DNA of 64,000 nucleotides, taken from NCBI GenBank assembly GCA_018817385.1, contig JAHIUA010000085.1, forward strand, positions 21,636-85,635, given 5' to 3'. The notes under the pieces were generated by a model that was not told where the DNA came from, made no database searches, and saw only the letters and a list, made by a program, of their open reading frames with translations. This document shows positions 39,190 to 48,894 of this stretch, in pieces. The DNA comes from Pseudomonadota bacterium. Its GTDB lineage: Bacteria > Desulfobacterota > Desulfobulbia > Desulfobulbales > Desulfocapsaceae. The position numbers were made by a program, and so were the translations under genes. How positions within the stretch are numbered: the stretch's first letter is position 1; every line of letters begins with the position of its first letter.

Positions 39190-40122
39190 TCATCCCTGGA
39201 TACGTCGCACCTGCGCCAATATCTCGCGTCCACCGTTATTCAAAATATATTTCCCCAGACGCTGTCCCAATTCATCGGCATCAGCTCTGGAACCTTTTTC
39301 TGTCTGCACCAGAATCGTTTTACCATCAAGGCTGGCCAGGCCCCCACGCAGGACAAGTTGCTGTCCATCAAGAATAGCCAGGGCAAAGGCAGGGATGGAG
39401 CAGCCTCCTTCCATGGTTCGCAGGTAAGCACGTTCAGCAAGCAGGCAGTCTTCAGAATCCGGATTATTGAGACAGGTCCGAATCAGCTCCTGTTTTTCGG
39501 CATCCAGACTCTCTGCCGCCTCGATGGCAATACACCCCTGGCCCACTGGGGGAATGAACTCCTCCTCTGAAAACACCTTGATAATCATGTCCTCATATTC
39601 CATCCGTTTGACCCCGGCATAGGCAAGAATAAGGGCATCGCAGGTACCTTCCTCCATTTTCCTGATCCTGGTCTGCAGGTTTCCACGCATATCTACGGTC
39701 TCAACATGGGGATAGTAGTGTTTGAGGAGGGCAATACGCCGTACCGAGGAAGTGCCGACCCGAATTTTACGACTTTGGTCTTCTATGTCTATGGACTTGT
39801 CCAGGGACAGGAGGACATCATTGACTTTTTCCCGGTCAGTGAAAGCGATGAGGCCAAACCCCGGAGGCAGGATGGACTGCATATCTTTGGCGCTGTGAAC
39901 AGCTATATCGGTGGCTCCACCGGCCAATTGCTCTTCAAGCTCTTCGGTGAAAACGCCTTTACTGCCGATCTTGGCGATGGAAACATCAAGAATCTTATCG
40001 CCCTTGGTCTCCATGGAGCTGATCACCGTCTCTAAACCGCTCTTTTCCAGAAGGGCAGCAACGGTCTCTGTCTGCCACATGGCTAGTTTACTCTTTCTCG
40101 ATCCGATATGTATTGTGGTCAT
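39190..40122 (-). CDS. hemC: hydroxymethylbilane synthase (porphobilinogen deaminase)
   Basis: IGSRKSKLAMWQTE, ETKGDKILD, TRIRKM, GGCSIP motifs. Confidence 0.95.
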   Translation of the reverse strand: MTTIHIGSRKSKLAMWQTETVAALLEKSGLETVISSMETKGDKILDVSIAKIGSKGVFTEELEEQLAGGATDIAVHSAKDMQSILPPGFGLIAFTDREKVNDVLLSLDKSIDIEDQSRKIRVGTSSVRRIALLKHYYPHVETVDMRGNLQTRIRKMEEGTCDALILAYAGVKRMEYEDMIIKVFSEEEFIPPVGQGCIAIEAAESLDAEKQELIRTCLNNPDSEDCLLAERAYLRTMEGGCSIPAFALAILDGQQLVLRGGLASLDGKTILVQTEKGSRADADELGQRLGKYILNNGGREILAQVRRIQG

Positions 40123-40435
40123 GATTTTTCCTGTCTGATTAAATCTGTCTCATTCTCTTTTACCAGTGAAGTGGCACTGTACCATATGAGATATAGAGAA
40201 AAAAGCTAAGAGTTCACCAGCCCCCCATCTTCTTGGCCAAGAAAGGTCCGCTCGGCATGTGATCCGCCTGCTCAGAGAGCAGAAGTCAGAGATTCAGTAA
40301 AAGGCTTGTCCTCGCCGAAACAGGGGCAAACGCCTCTTCGGGACCACTACTCTGACACATGCCTGGTCGCGCAGATAATATATCCTGGAAAAAGGCATGA
40401 TTGCAAAGCGGTGCAGAAACAGCTATCATGGCCGC

Positions 40436-41167
40436 ATGCGATTTTTACTCTACAATATACGGTATGGCACAGGTCACGGAAAGAGATACCACCTCCCCCT
40501 TCCCTTCACCGGTTTTTTTAAACAGACCGGGAGCACCCTGGAACAGATCACTGCCTTTATCCGCTCTGTTAAACCGGATATCATTGGTCTTATTGAAGTT
40601 GATTCAGGCTCTTATCGTTGCGGAAGATGTTGTCAGGCTGAGGCCATTGCCAGAGATCTGAACCACTTTCATGTGGTGGAAACCAAGTATGGGAACAACT
40701 CACTGGCCAAACGAATCCCCGTCCTCAATAAACAGAGCAATGCCCTCCTCACCAATCAGACCATCAACAGTTCCCACTTTCATTATTTTAATGAGGGGGT
40801 CAAACGCCTGGTTATCGAAGTAGAACTTGATGAAGTCTGTATTTTTATCGTCCACCTCTCCCTGAAATTCAAACACAGGCAGCAACAGCTCGAGCACCTC
40901 CACCGCATCCTTTCCCACTCCACAAAACCAGTGATCGTGGCTGGGGACTTCAACGCCTTTGGCGGGAATCGCGAACTCCAGCTTTTTATGGCCGCGTCCA
41001 GACTGTGCAACGCCAATCTCACGAGCCAGCCATCACATCCCAGCCATGCCCCGAAACGTCACCTGGATTTCATCCTCCACAGTCCGGAACTCATCGCCTC
41101 AAATTTTTCCATCCCCAACATTTGCCTCTCCGATCATGCGCCGCTGCTCTGTGATTTCAACCTTTAA
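40436..41167 (+). CDS. endonuclease/exonuclease/phosphatase (EEP) family protein
   Basis: MRFLLYNIRYG...IIGLIEVD...VAGDFNA...SDHAPL are EEP catalytic motifs. Confidence 0.75.
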   Translation: MRFLLYNIRYGTGHGKRYHLPLPFTGFFKQTGSTLEQITAFIRSVKPDIIGLIEVDSGSYRCGRCCQAEAIARDLNHFHVVETKYGNNSLAKRIPVLNKQSNALLTNQTINSSHFHYFNEGVKRLVIEVELDEVCIFIVHLSLKFKHRQQQLEHLHRILSHSTKPVIVAGDFNAFGGNRELQLFMAASRLCNANLTSQPSHPSHAPKRHLDFILHSPELIASNFSIPNICLSDHAPLLCDFNL

Positions 41168-41319
41168 AAGCTCCATAACGGCTCTTTTGGGCCCGTAATT
41201 ATTCAGGTAACGGCCACTAACAGGCAAACAACCGCTCTTTACCTGTGCAAAAGTGCCTTCTATTCGTCCAGTTAGGACTTCTCGAAAGCAGCAGGCGGCT
41301 CGCCATAAAGGATCTCTCT

Positions 41320-42699
41320 TCAACTGGCCAGCAGGGGCAAACGGACAATAAAGCAGGATCCCTCCCGAATTTTACTCTTCACCTGAACCTCCCCTCCATG
41401 GGCTTCGACCACGGCCTTGACATAATTCAAGCCCAGCCCCAGTCCCTGACGACTGCGACTGCGATCCCCCCGATAGAGTCGATCCCAGATGCGATTGATC
41501 TCTGTCTCCGAAATTCCCATACCGTCGTCATAAAAACGGACTATGGCTGATTTCTCTTTTTTCTCTACGCAAATCCTCACTGTTCCTGATTCATGCCCAT
41601 ATTTTATGCCATTATCAAGAAGATTGGCCCAGACCTGACAAAGACGGGTCTGGTCAGCATGAACAAACAGCCCCTTTTCTCCTGCACAGGAAACAGTTAT
41701 CTGCTCTTCTTCAGCAACATACTGATAGAGGCCTATCACATCCTCCAGAGTTTTGGTGAGATCCAATTTTTCCAATTCCAGACGCATGGTGCCGGCCTCT
41801 GCCTCGGCTACACTCATCATAACCTTGAGCATGGACATGACCCGTTCCGATTCTTCCAGGCAGTCGGAAAGGGCGTTGCGATACAGTTCTGGTTCACTCT
41901 TTTCTGACTGCAGGGCATACTCCGCCACGGCCCGCAGCCTGCTCATCGGTGTTCTCAGATCGTGGGCAACATTGTCCAGAGAAGACTGCATCTCGTTGAT
42001 TAATTGGCGATTTTGCTGAAATACACGCCCCAACTGTTGATACAGGGGCGCCAGTTCAGCATCCTTGGGACGACGGTCAGGGAACGGCAGCGACCTTTGC
42101 TGCAAGGTCCTTTCTATATCATCCTGGAGTTCCTGCAACGGTTTCCTGATGAGGGAGGTAAAAAAAAGAGAAAAGAAAAGAGCAGGGACAGAGGCCAGGC
42201 AAAAACTCCAAAAAGAGACAGACACCGCTCTCTTATAGATGGCAATTCCAGCACTCCTATCATCATTGCCGGCTTGAACAACTCCTCCACTCATCTTCCT
42301 GGATACCAGAATCCAGGTCCCGGAATTTTCTGGCTGGAAAAGATCTATCCAAACTCCATGAGTATATGGATCCAGATCCACCAGCCCTGTGAAATTCATC
42401 GTCGTGTTGCCAGTGAGAAGAAGTTGCTCCCGTCCCCTGACAAGACGGATAAAATCCACCTCCCGGGGAGGTTCACTCTCCAGGACAAACTTTCCGCCGG
42501 AATTGAGTGCGCTTCGCCGCAAATAGGTATCGAGTCCCAGCTCCAAACGCTGCACCTCTAATTTCTGGATTTGATTTTTGAGGAACTGGAGATGAAAAAA
42601 GAGAAAAAGGGCACACAGCAGCCAGAGAATAAGGAAAAAAAGGAGGAGGCGACCTGGCCTGAGACCTTGCCGCAGTCGTTTATTCAGTGCGAAGGACAT
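41320..42699 (-). CDS. two-component sensor histidine kinase (2 TM, HAMP, HisKA, HATPase)
   Basis: H-box LDNVAHDLRTPMSRL, N/G boxes (NLLDNGIKY, DDGMGI, GLGLGL). Start is uncertain (42699 or 42735) and overlaps the regulator gene. Confidence 0.85.
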   Translation of the reverse strand: MSFALNKRLRQGLRPGRLLLFFLILWLLCALFLFFHLQFLKNQIQKLEVQRLELGLDTYLRRSALNSGGKFVLESEPPREVDFIRLVRGREQLLLTGNTTMNFTGLVDLDPYTHGVWIDLFQPENSGTWILVSRKMSGGVVQAGNDDRSAGIAIYKRAVSVSFWSFCLASVPALFFSLFFTSLIRKPLQELQDDIERTLQQRSLPFPDRRPKDAELAPLYQQLGRVFQQNRQLINEMQSSLDNVAHDLRTPMSRLRAVAEYALQSEKSEPELYRNALSDCLEESERVMSMLKVMMSVAEAEAGTMRLELEKLDLTKTLEDVIGLYQYVAEEEQITVSCAGEKGLFVHADQTRLCQVWANLLDNGIKYGHESGTVRICVEKKEKSAIVRFYDDGMGISETEINRIWDRLYRGDRSRSRQGLGLGLNYVKAVVEAHGGEVQVKSKIREGSCFIVRLPLLAS

Positions 42700-43360
42700 A
42701 GCCCATGCCTCTGACAGTATGGATGAGCTTGACACTATACTCCTTATCTATCCGGTTGCGCAGACGACAGACAAGGACATCGACTACATTGGTCTGGGGA
42801 TCGAAGTTGTACTCATAGATCCGCTCCAAGATGGATGTCTTGGAAAGAACTCGCCCAGGATTACGCATCAACAGCTCCAGAAGGGCATACTCCTTGGCCG
42901 GAAGTTCAATCTTTCCTCCCTGGCGTCTCACTTCACGTTTAAGGAGATCGAGCTGCAGCTCCCCGACGATGAGTTTTCCAGAGTCGCCACACTTCTGCCC
43001 CCTTCGCAGCAGGGCCTGAACACGGGCCAGCAGTTCGTTAAAAGAAAAGGGCTTGACCATGTAGTCATCCCCTCCGCGCTGTAACCCTTCAATGCGATCA
43101 TCCACAGACTGGCGGGCACTGAGAATGAGGACAGGCATCTCGATTCCCCGTCCCCGAATACGCTCAATCAGACTCAAACCATTGAGACCGGGCAACATAA
43201 TATCAACCACTGCAGCCTCATAGGGCTCAGTCAAGGCAAGAGAGAGGCCAGTAAGACCGTCGTAACAGACATCGACGCTAAATCCGGCTTCCTGCAGGCC
43301 CTTTTCCAGAAAAGCAGCTATTTTCTTATCATCTTCAACAACGAGAAGGCGCATAATCAT
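42680..43360 (-). CDS. OmpR-family response regulator
   Basis: LLVVEDD...VVDIMLPGLNG...KPF receiver plus wHTH (IHTVRGMGY). Confidence 0.9.
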   Translation of the reverse strand: MIMRLLVVEDDKKIAAFLEKGLQEAGFSVDVCYDGLTGLSLALTEPYEAAVVDIMLPGLNGLSLIERIRGRGIEMPVLILSARQSVDDRIEGLQRGGDDYMVKPFSFNELLARVQALLRRGQKCGDSGKLIVGELQLDLLKREVRRQGGKIELPAKEYALLELLMRNPGRVLSKTSILERIYEYNFDPQTNVVDVLVCRLRNRIDKEYSVKLIHTVRGMGYVLRTE

Positions 43361-43425
43361 TGTAACAGTGCAAAATTTTGAGTGGAGAGTGGTAATTCAA
43401 AAAAGGCACCCGCACACCACCTACC

Positions 43426-44193
43426 TCAACCTGCGGTTCCTCCATACCGATCTTTTACCAGCCCAATCACTGTGGCACAGCGCCCCGTCCGTCCGTCGCC
43501 CTGGCGGCAGGCACGGCGATAGGAAAAATGATCTGCTGAGCATGAGGTACACTGGCCAGCTAGTCTGATATGTGCCGCATCAAGACCTGCCTGCAGCAGT
43601 TGTATTCTCGAGATCTCCCAGAAGTTAAAATAATTCTTTCGCTCTTGAAAGGCAAGAAAGGCGGGAGGCAATTCCCGGGCGTGATTGACGAACTCTGCAC
43701 AACAGGGGCCGAGGGAGGGACTGATGTAGGCCTTTATTACTGACGCTGGCGTATCATACCAGTCATGCATGGCCTGCACTGTTTTTCCAAGAATGTTGCG
43801 GACACTGCCCTGCCAACCGCAATGGACTGCCGCTATTGCCGGGTGTGTGGGATCATAGAGCATCACTGCCTGGCAATCGGCCTGCTGGATCAGCAAGCCG
43901 ATGCCTGCTCTCTCTGTCATCAGGGCATCATAGCCATCCACCTCAAGATCTGCACTGAAAACCTCTTGGGCCACAAAGATAGCATCACCATGAACCTGCC
44001 TGGCGGAAAGAAAATGGGCAAAGGGGCCGAGGGTCTTGAGTCGCTGACGATTTTCAGCAACACACTGTGGATCATCTCCAACTCCGTAACTGAGGTTTAG
44101 GGATTTATAGGGAAAATGACTGACTCCTCCCTGGCGATGGCTGGAAATAATGATCCTGCCGCCTTCTCTGTCGTCTCGCAGATGATTTGCCAT
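43426..44193 (-). CDS. pgeF: PgeF/YfiH (DUF152, laccase-domain) purine nucleoside phosphorylase family protein
   Basis: RQVHGD, ADCQAV, AAVHCGWQG, CTSC motifs. Start at MANHL (44193) gives the typical ~255 aa. Confidence 0.8.
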   Translation of the reverse strand: MANHLRDDREGGRIIISSHRQGGVSHFPYKSLNLSYGVGDDPQCVAENRQRLKTLGPFAHFLSARQVHGDAIFVAQEVFSADLEVDGYDALMTERAGIGLLIQQADCQAVMLYDPTHPAIAAVHCGWQGSVRNILGKTVQAMHDWYDTPASVIKAYISPSLGPCCAEFVNHARELPPAFLAFQERKNYFNFWEISRIQLLQAGLDAAHIRLAGQCTSCSADHFSYRRACRQGDGRTGRCATVIGLVKDRYGGTAG

Positions 44194-44281
44194 ATTCGCA
44201 TCATGAACAATAAAAAAAAGGGGAAGGTCCCCAAAAAGGAACCTTCCCCGGAATACTACAGAGTTTGAAGCAGAAATCGAC

Positions 44282-45799
44282 CTAGAAATATGCCTCAAAG
44301 GTCAGATAAATCTGATCTGCACTCTCAACAGGATCCATACCTAACATCTGCAGGTACTGCTTGTCCATGGCATCGCCAAGGTCATAGGGCCGCAGATTCC
44401 AGTCCATGGAACCGGAGTAGTCATACTCATAACGCTGATACCCGAAACGGACAAAGGTCTTGGCGTATTTGGAAATGGCCTCACCGGAAGGCAGGTCATA
44501 GATTCCGTATACCTCAAAGACGTTACCACGGGCAGCGAGTTTGGCCTGGTACATGTCGTCATGGCCGGGAGTCAGGCCAATCCAGTACTCTGAACCGTAG
44601 TTCCACTCAGCACCAAGTTTCAGGCCAATGGAATCAATGTCATAACGGGCACCAAGATAAACAGAGTAGCCGTTTTCATCATCGGTATTGGCACCAGCGG
44701 TACCCATCATCATGGCAATGGGATCGTTGAACATACCATTGTCATTGGGATTGGACTGAGACCAGCCAACGGCACCAAAGAAGTTAACATCACCAATTTT
44801 ATCCTGGTATACACCAGAGGAGTGCATGATATTACCTATCTGAGTCTGCGTACCAAACATAGCCGGGGCGAAGGCATTGACTAAGTCACTCTCAAAGGTA
44901 GGATAGTTAAAGATATTGAAAGCCATGAAAGACTGGAGGGTCAGGAAACGATCTCCCTTTTTCATAACATCCCAGCTTAAACCGGCAAAATCCGTATCGC
45001 TCAGATATCCCTCAGTACCATCCTCGGCCTCTAAGCCATCCTCAAAACCACGTCCGTAACAGAAACGAATACGGCCGGTTCCCATGGCCTCCATTCCCCA
45101 ACGATAGGCATAACCCGCAGAGATACCATCAAATGGCCAGTCCATGAAGGCGGTGGGAGTTGCCATACGTTCATCGGTTCCCATACGGACCTGAGCTGGA
45201 GGACCATCAGTGGTGGGACGACGACCAACAGAGAACCAGAGCGGAACGCCACCGATGTTATTCCAGTTTACAAAGGCACGATCAACGCGCAGGGCACTGT
45301 CTGCTGGCTGACGGGTCATGTTACCATCCCACATCGGATAGCCGGCACCAAGTCCATCAGGTGTGGTTTGCATACCCCAAGCCTTGTACATGGCAAGACG
45401 GGCCTTGACCTCGACATTTTCTGTGGCCTTGACGCGCATATTCAGACGAAAACGATTGGTCCAGAGGGTATCGTTGTCGTAACTCTGCCCAGAGACACCA
45501 TCGGCGCTGTAGTAGTCCATACGGGCCCGAAAATCACCGTAGAATTTGATACGGGCAGCCAGATCCCAGCTATCGGAACGCTCTTCCATACCACCAACGG
45601 TATCAGACAGGGCAGCAAAATCTGACTGGCTCACGCCCTCACCTTTCTCTGCCATCTGAGCTTTCAGCTGGTCCAGCTGCTGGCTCAACTCTTCAATTTT
45701 TCGTTCCAGATCAGTGGCATTTGCTCCACCACTTGCAGATGCAACTGCAGGCAATGCGATCAGCCCGGCAAGGGCCAACATGGAAATTTTTTTCACCAT
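44282..45799 (-). CDS. outer-membrane beta-barrel/porin-like protein with N-terminal coiled coil (DUF3373-like, from memory)
   Basis: Signal peptide MVKKISMLALAGLIALPAVASA, coiled coil (LERKIEELSQQLDQLKAQM), alternating beta-strand pattern, C-terminal ...TFEAYF. GGAGG SD present. Confidence 0.65.
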   Translation of the reverse strand: MVKKISMLALAGLIALPAVASASGGANATDLERKIEELSQQLDQLKAQMAEKGEGVSQSDFAALSDTVGGMEERSDSWDLAARIKFYGDFRARMDYYSADGVSGQSYDNDTLWTNRFRLNMRVKATENVEVKARLAMYKAWGMQTTPDGLGAGYPMWDGNMTRQPADSALRVDRAFVNWNNIGGVPLWFSVGRRPTTDGPPAQVRMGTDERMATPTAFMDWPFDGISAGYAYRWGMEAMGTGRIRFCYGRGFEDGLEAEDGTEGYLSDTDFAGLSWDVMKKGDRFLTLQSFMAFNIFNYPTFESDLVNAFAPAMFGTQTQIGNIMHSSGVYQDKIGDVNFFGAVGWSQSNPNDNGMFNDPIAMMMGTAGANTDDENGYSVYLGARYDIDSIGLKLGAEWNYGSEYWIGLTPGHDDMYQAKLAARGNVFEVYGIYDLPSGEAISKYAKTFVRFGYQRYEYDYSGSMDWNLRPYDLGDAMDKQYLQMLGMDPVESADQIYLTFEAYF

Positions 45800-46144
45800 A
45801 GTGTTTCCTCCATCCTCTTTGATTGTTCCTACCCGACCCTCCTGAAAAGTCGGGCCAACGTCCAAGCTGCTATAAAGACTTTTGAATAATAGATTAACAC
45901 AGCTTAAACTCTTCAGTATTGCATGTCTATCTGTTCGGTACAGATTTCTCTCTCGTACAAATTTTTTTACTTCAATTTCTTGTACTATCTTATTTGATCT
46001 TCCATGTCAACTAATTATCGCCTCTTTTTCAATGGTTTCATTTATTTTTTCCATTACCAGCCACAAAGTGTTACTTTCTTTTTCTGAACCACTACATATA
46101 GTAGTAAAAATAACTTTTCTTCCCACAGTCATTGGTACTATTTC

Positions 46145-46927
46145 ATGAACATTCCCATTGTCATAACTGCATTTGGCACAACCTCCAGAGCCCTGAGCAC
46201 CTATTCTTTTCTCGATACATTGATCCGGAACCGTTTTCCCGAACACGAAGTTTTGTGGAGCTTTTCTTCTCGAGCCATCACCGCAGAAAGAAAAGGCACT
46301 AATGCGTTAGGGCACCCTGCCCCAGAGTTTGTCCTTCAACAACTCAGTGAACAGGGACACAAGTACGCAATACTCCAGTCCGCACACCTGTGGCCTGGTC
46401 ACGAATTTCATAAACTTGTCAAGATAGGACACCGCTGTCCCCTCACCGTTTCCCTGGGTATGCCCCTGCTCAGCTCCCCTCTTGATTATGAAAAACTCTG
46501 TCCCTGCCTGGACAACATTGCCCATGCGCACAAGAACCGAGCCCTGATTATTGCTGGCCATGGAACCAGTCATCCGGCATGGAGCGGATATTTTGCCTTG
46601 GATCATTTTCTCCGTAAACGTTTTGGCAATCATATATTTATGGCCCTGCTCAAGGGCTACCCAACTCCAGCAGAAATGATCCAACAGGTCAAAGATGCCG
46701 GCTTTGACTCTGCCTGTCTACTTCCCTTCATGCTCGTAGCAGGCAGACATTTTGAGCGAGAGTTGACCGGGTCCGGTCCTGATTCATGGCAGTCGCAATT
46801 GTCCAGGGCAGGAATTTCCCTCCAGGCCATAGATCATGGCCTGGGAATGATGGAGGGAGTGGCAGAGATTTTTTGCGATCACATCAGCGAAGCACTGGCT
46901 CATGCCCATCTCTCTGACAGCAGATAA
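46145..46927 (+). CDS. cbiK: sirohydrochlorin cobaltochelatase CbiK (cytoplasmic paralogue)
   Basis: IVITAFGTT, WSFSSRAI, AGHGTSH, LVAGRHF motifs. No signal peptide. Confidence 0.8.
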   Translation: MNIPIVITAFGTTSRALSTYSFLDTLIRNRFPEHEVLWSFSSRAITAERKGTNALGHPAPEFVLQQLSEQGHKYAILQSAHLWPGHEFHKLVKIGHRCPLTVSLGMPLLSSPLDYEKLCPCLDNIAHAHKNRALIIAGHGTSHPAWSGYFALDHFLRKRFGNHIFMALLKGYPTPAEMIQQVKDAGFDSACLLPFMLVAGRHFERELTGSGPDSWQSQLSRAGISLQAIDHGLGMMEGVAEIFCDHISEALAHAHLSDSR

Positions 46928-46937
46928 CGCCCGGGGT

Positions 46938-47456
46938 TCAAGGGGCAGATGCCTGAACAAGACTCCCTGCCAGCACTGTTTTTTCCACTCCATGACGGAC
47001 GGTGGTTCCCAGGACAACGTAGTGAAAATAGCGCTGATACCACTCCGCCATCTGCCGGGTCACGATCCAGACCCCCTGTCGACCACAGGCTTGAGCCCAC
47101 TCTTCCCAGCGTTGAACAAGGATACGGGCAACACCCCGGCGGCGGTATTCAGGGAGGACCATGAGCCCGGTGCCGCAGGCATACTCTTGGAGAAGATTGG
47201 CAGCAGTCTCAGCCATGGTTAGCGGGACTTCGGCCCGCTCGATGATGGTGGCAAAGCCGATTATTTTACCGGCGGATTCGGCAAAGAAAAGCGCCCGATC
47301 CGGTTTGGCCGCATACCGTTGCAGTTTATCAAGGAAAACATAGACCAGATTCGGATCCATATCCCTGCTCAGGTCGTGCACCCCCCTGTCCACATCACTT
47401 GGCCGTGCTGACAGAATTCGACAGGGGAATGAATGGGGAGAATCAGAGCGCATCAA
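46938..47456 (-). CDS. GNAT family N-acetyltransferase
   Basis: Motif A LMVLPEYRRRGVARILV. Confidence 0.7.
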   Translation of the reverse strand: MMRSDSPHSFPCRILSARPSDVDRGVHDLSRDMDPNLVYVFLDKLQRYAAKPDRALFFAESAGKIIGFATIIERAEVPLTMAETAANLLQEYACGTGLMVLPEYRRRGVARILVQRWEEWAQACGRQGVWIVTRQMAEWYQRYFHYVVLGTTVRHGVEKTVLAGSLVQASAP

Positions 47457-48015
47457 GGATTACAGTCTTTTTCCGCTCATATTCTTCCTGAGTGATAAGC
47501 TGTTGCTTATGAAGTAGATCAAGGACCTGCAGTCGTTGTTGCGGCGATTGACCTTGAACGGAAGATGGTGGGGAAGCCGATGCCGGCAGCCGGGTATCAC
47601 GCACGGGAAGGGCACGCAGGGCGAAAGAAACAACCTGTTCCACCCAGTCACAACCACCCATTTTAAAACTGCAGTAGGCACCCTTACTGTCATCGGTTTC
47701 AGCTGCCCATACCCAGTTTTCGCGAATAGTGATCGATCCTTTGTCCGTCCGAATCCCGGCCTTAAAAAGGGCATCGAGCTCTATTTTTTTGGGCAACCGC
47801 CAATCGTGGTAGCCGCCGCCTCTATAGGAGTTGCAGTATTCCTGTGCCTCCGCCCAAGTCAGCCCCTGGCCGTTATCAGCAGCAGCCCACATGAGCCCAC
47901 TTTCCGTATCGAGTACCGTTCCATCACTATTGACCAGAAAGCGTTCACTCTCGCCGCCTAACTGCGCACAGCTGGAAAGCAGGAGCAGAAACAAAAGCAA
48001 CAGGTTTCTTCCCAT
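47443..48015 (-). CDS. lipoprotein with DUF1566 (Lcl C-terminal-like) domain and C-terminal SHOCT motif
   Basis: Lipobox LLLSSC. GLMWAA...LTWAEAQEYC...GGGYHDWRLP (DUF1566). LITQEEYERKKTVIL (SHOCT). Confidence 0.65.
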   Translation of the reverse strand: MGRNLLLLFLLLLSSCAQLGGESERFLVNSDGTVLDTESGLMWAAADNGQGLTWAEAQEYCNSYRGGGYHDWRLPKKIELDALFKAGIRTDKGSITIRENWVWAAETDDSKGAYCSFKMGGCDWVEQVVSFALRALPVRDTRLPASASPPSSVQGQSPQQRLQVLDLLHKQQLITQEEYERKKTVILDAL

Positions 48016-48096
48016 CAGAGTTCTCCCTGAAAAAATTGATCGAATTATCACCTTTTTTTGTACCCCATAGCTCCCGGGAATGCCAGGGAGAAGCAT

Positions 48097-48534
48097 CTAG
48101 CACAACTGGTCCAGATTTTTTATGAAATCTCGTATCTCCAGACAAACTCGTCGATAACAGGCCAACTTAGCTTCCTCACTGCTGGCATCTTTGGCCAGTT
48201 GCGGGGGATCATCAAAGCCGTGATGAATGACTTTCGTGGTCCCTGGAAACAGAGGACAATTCTCATCCGCATGACCGCAGACGGTGATCACCAGATCAAA
48301 ATCCTGGCCCGCCAGCTCATCCACATGTTTTGACCAGTGCTTGCTGATATCCACTCCCGCTTCCTGCATGACCCTGACCGCCATGGGATTCAGGCCATGC
48401 ACCTCTATGCCCGCAGACCAGACATCAATCCGCTCACCATGGAGGTGGCGAGCCCAGCCCTCGGCCATCTGACTGCGACAGGAGTTGCCAGTACAGAGAA
48501 AGAGGATTTTTTTTCGTTTTCCAATCATGAGCAT
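48097..48534 (-). CDS. arsC: arsenate reductase, thioredoxin-coupled LMW-PTPase type
   Basis: LFLCTGNSCRSQMAEG (P-loop Cys) and VITVCGHADENCP (the Cys82/Cys89 equivalents). Confidence 0.9.
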   Translation of the reverse strand: MLMIGKRKKILFLCTGNSCRSQMAEGWARHLHGERIDVWSAGIEVHGLNPMAVRVMQEAGVDISKHWSKHVDELAGQDFDLVITVCGHADENCPLFPGTTKVIHHGFDDPPQLAKDASSEEAKLACYRRVCLEIRDFIKNLDQLC

Positions 48535-48547
48535 CCAATTATTTTTC

Positions 48548-48775
48548 TCAAGAGATGGGAATCGGTACCCCAAGTATCTCGTTCACCGCCCGGCGAACAT
48601 CAGCCAGACATCATTTCCCCTTTGGATTTAAATCCTTGCAGTGACACCTGCCGGCGCGAGAAGAGGATATGATCTCTTCCATGATGGTGGACCTGCCATT
48701 TTTTCTGATATCCTGCTCAATATCTTCGCGGCTGTGGGAAAAGCAATAACAGAGTAATTCTTCTTTTGTCTCCAT
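48548..48775 (-). CDS. candidate selenoprotein: 75-codon Cys-rich BFD/CopZ-zinc-finger-like protein with in-frame TGA (codon 55)
   Basis: Not in the ORF track. AAGGAGAG SD lies 6 nt before the ATG at 48775. Sequence is METKEELLCYCFSHSREDIEQDIRKNGRSTIMEEIISSSRAGRCHCKDLNPKGK-TGA-CLADVRRAVNEILGVPIPIS-stop. The second stop is 14 nt before the arsC start. A hairpin lies downstream of the TGA. Confidence 0.5.
48581..48598 (-). promoter_or_regulatory. SECIS-like hairpin
   Basis: GUUCGCC-GGGC-GGUGAAC, a 7-bp stem including one G-U. It begins 13 nt after the UGA at 48613-48611, and its G-rich tetraloop lies 20-23 nt downstream. Confidence 0.4.
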
Positions 48776-48894
48776 GAAAATCTCTCCTTATATCGATCCC
48801 GGACTGTTACCTTACCCTGAAGGGAAAGACCAAAGCCCTACGGCCTGCAGCACCTTAATCTTTTCCCCCAGTATTTCGACTCAGTTTCAACATG

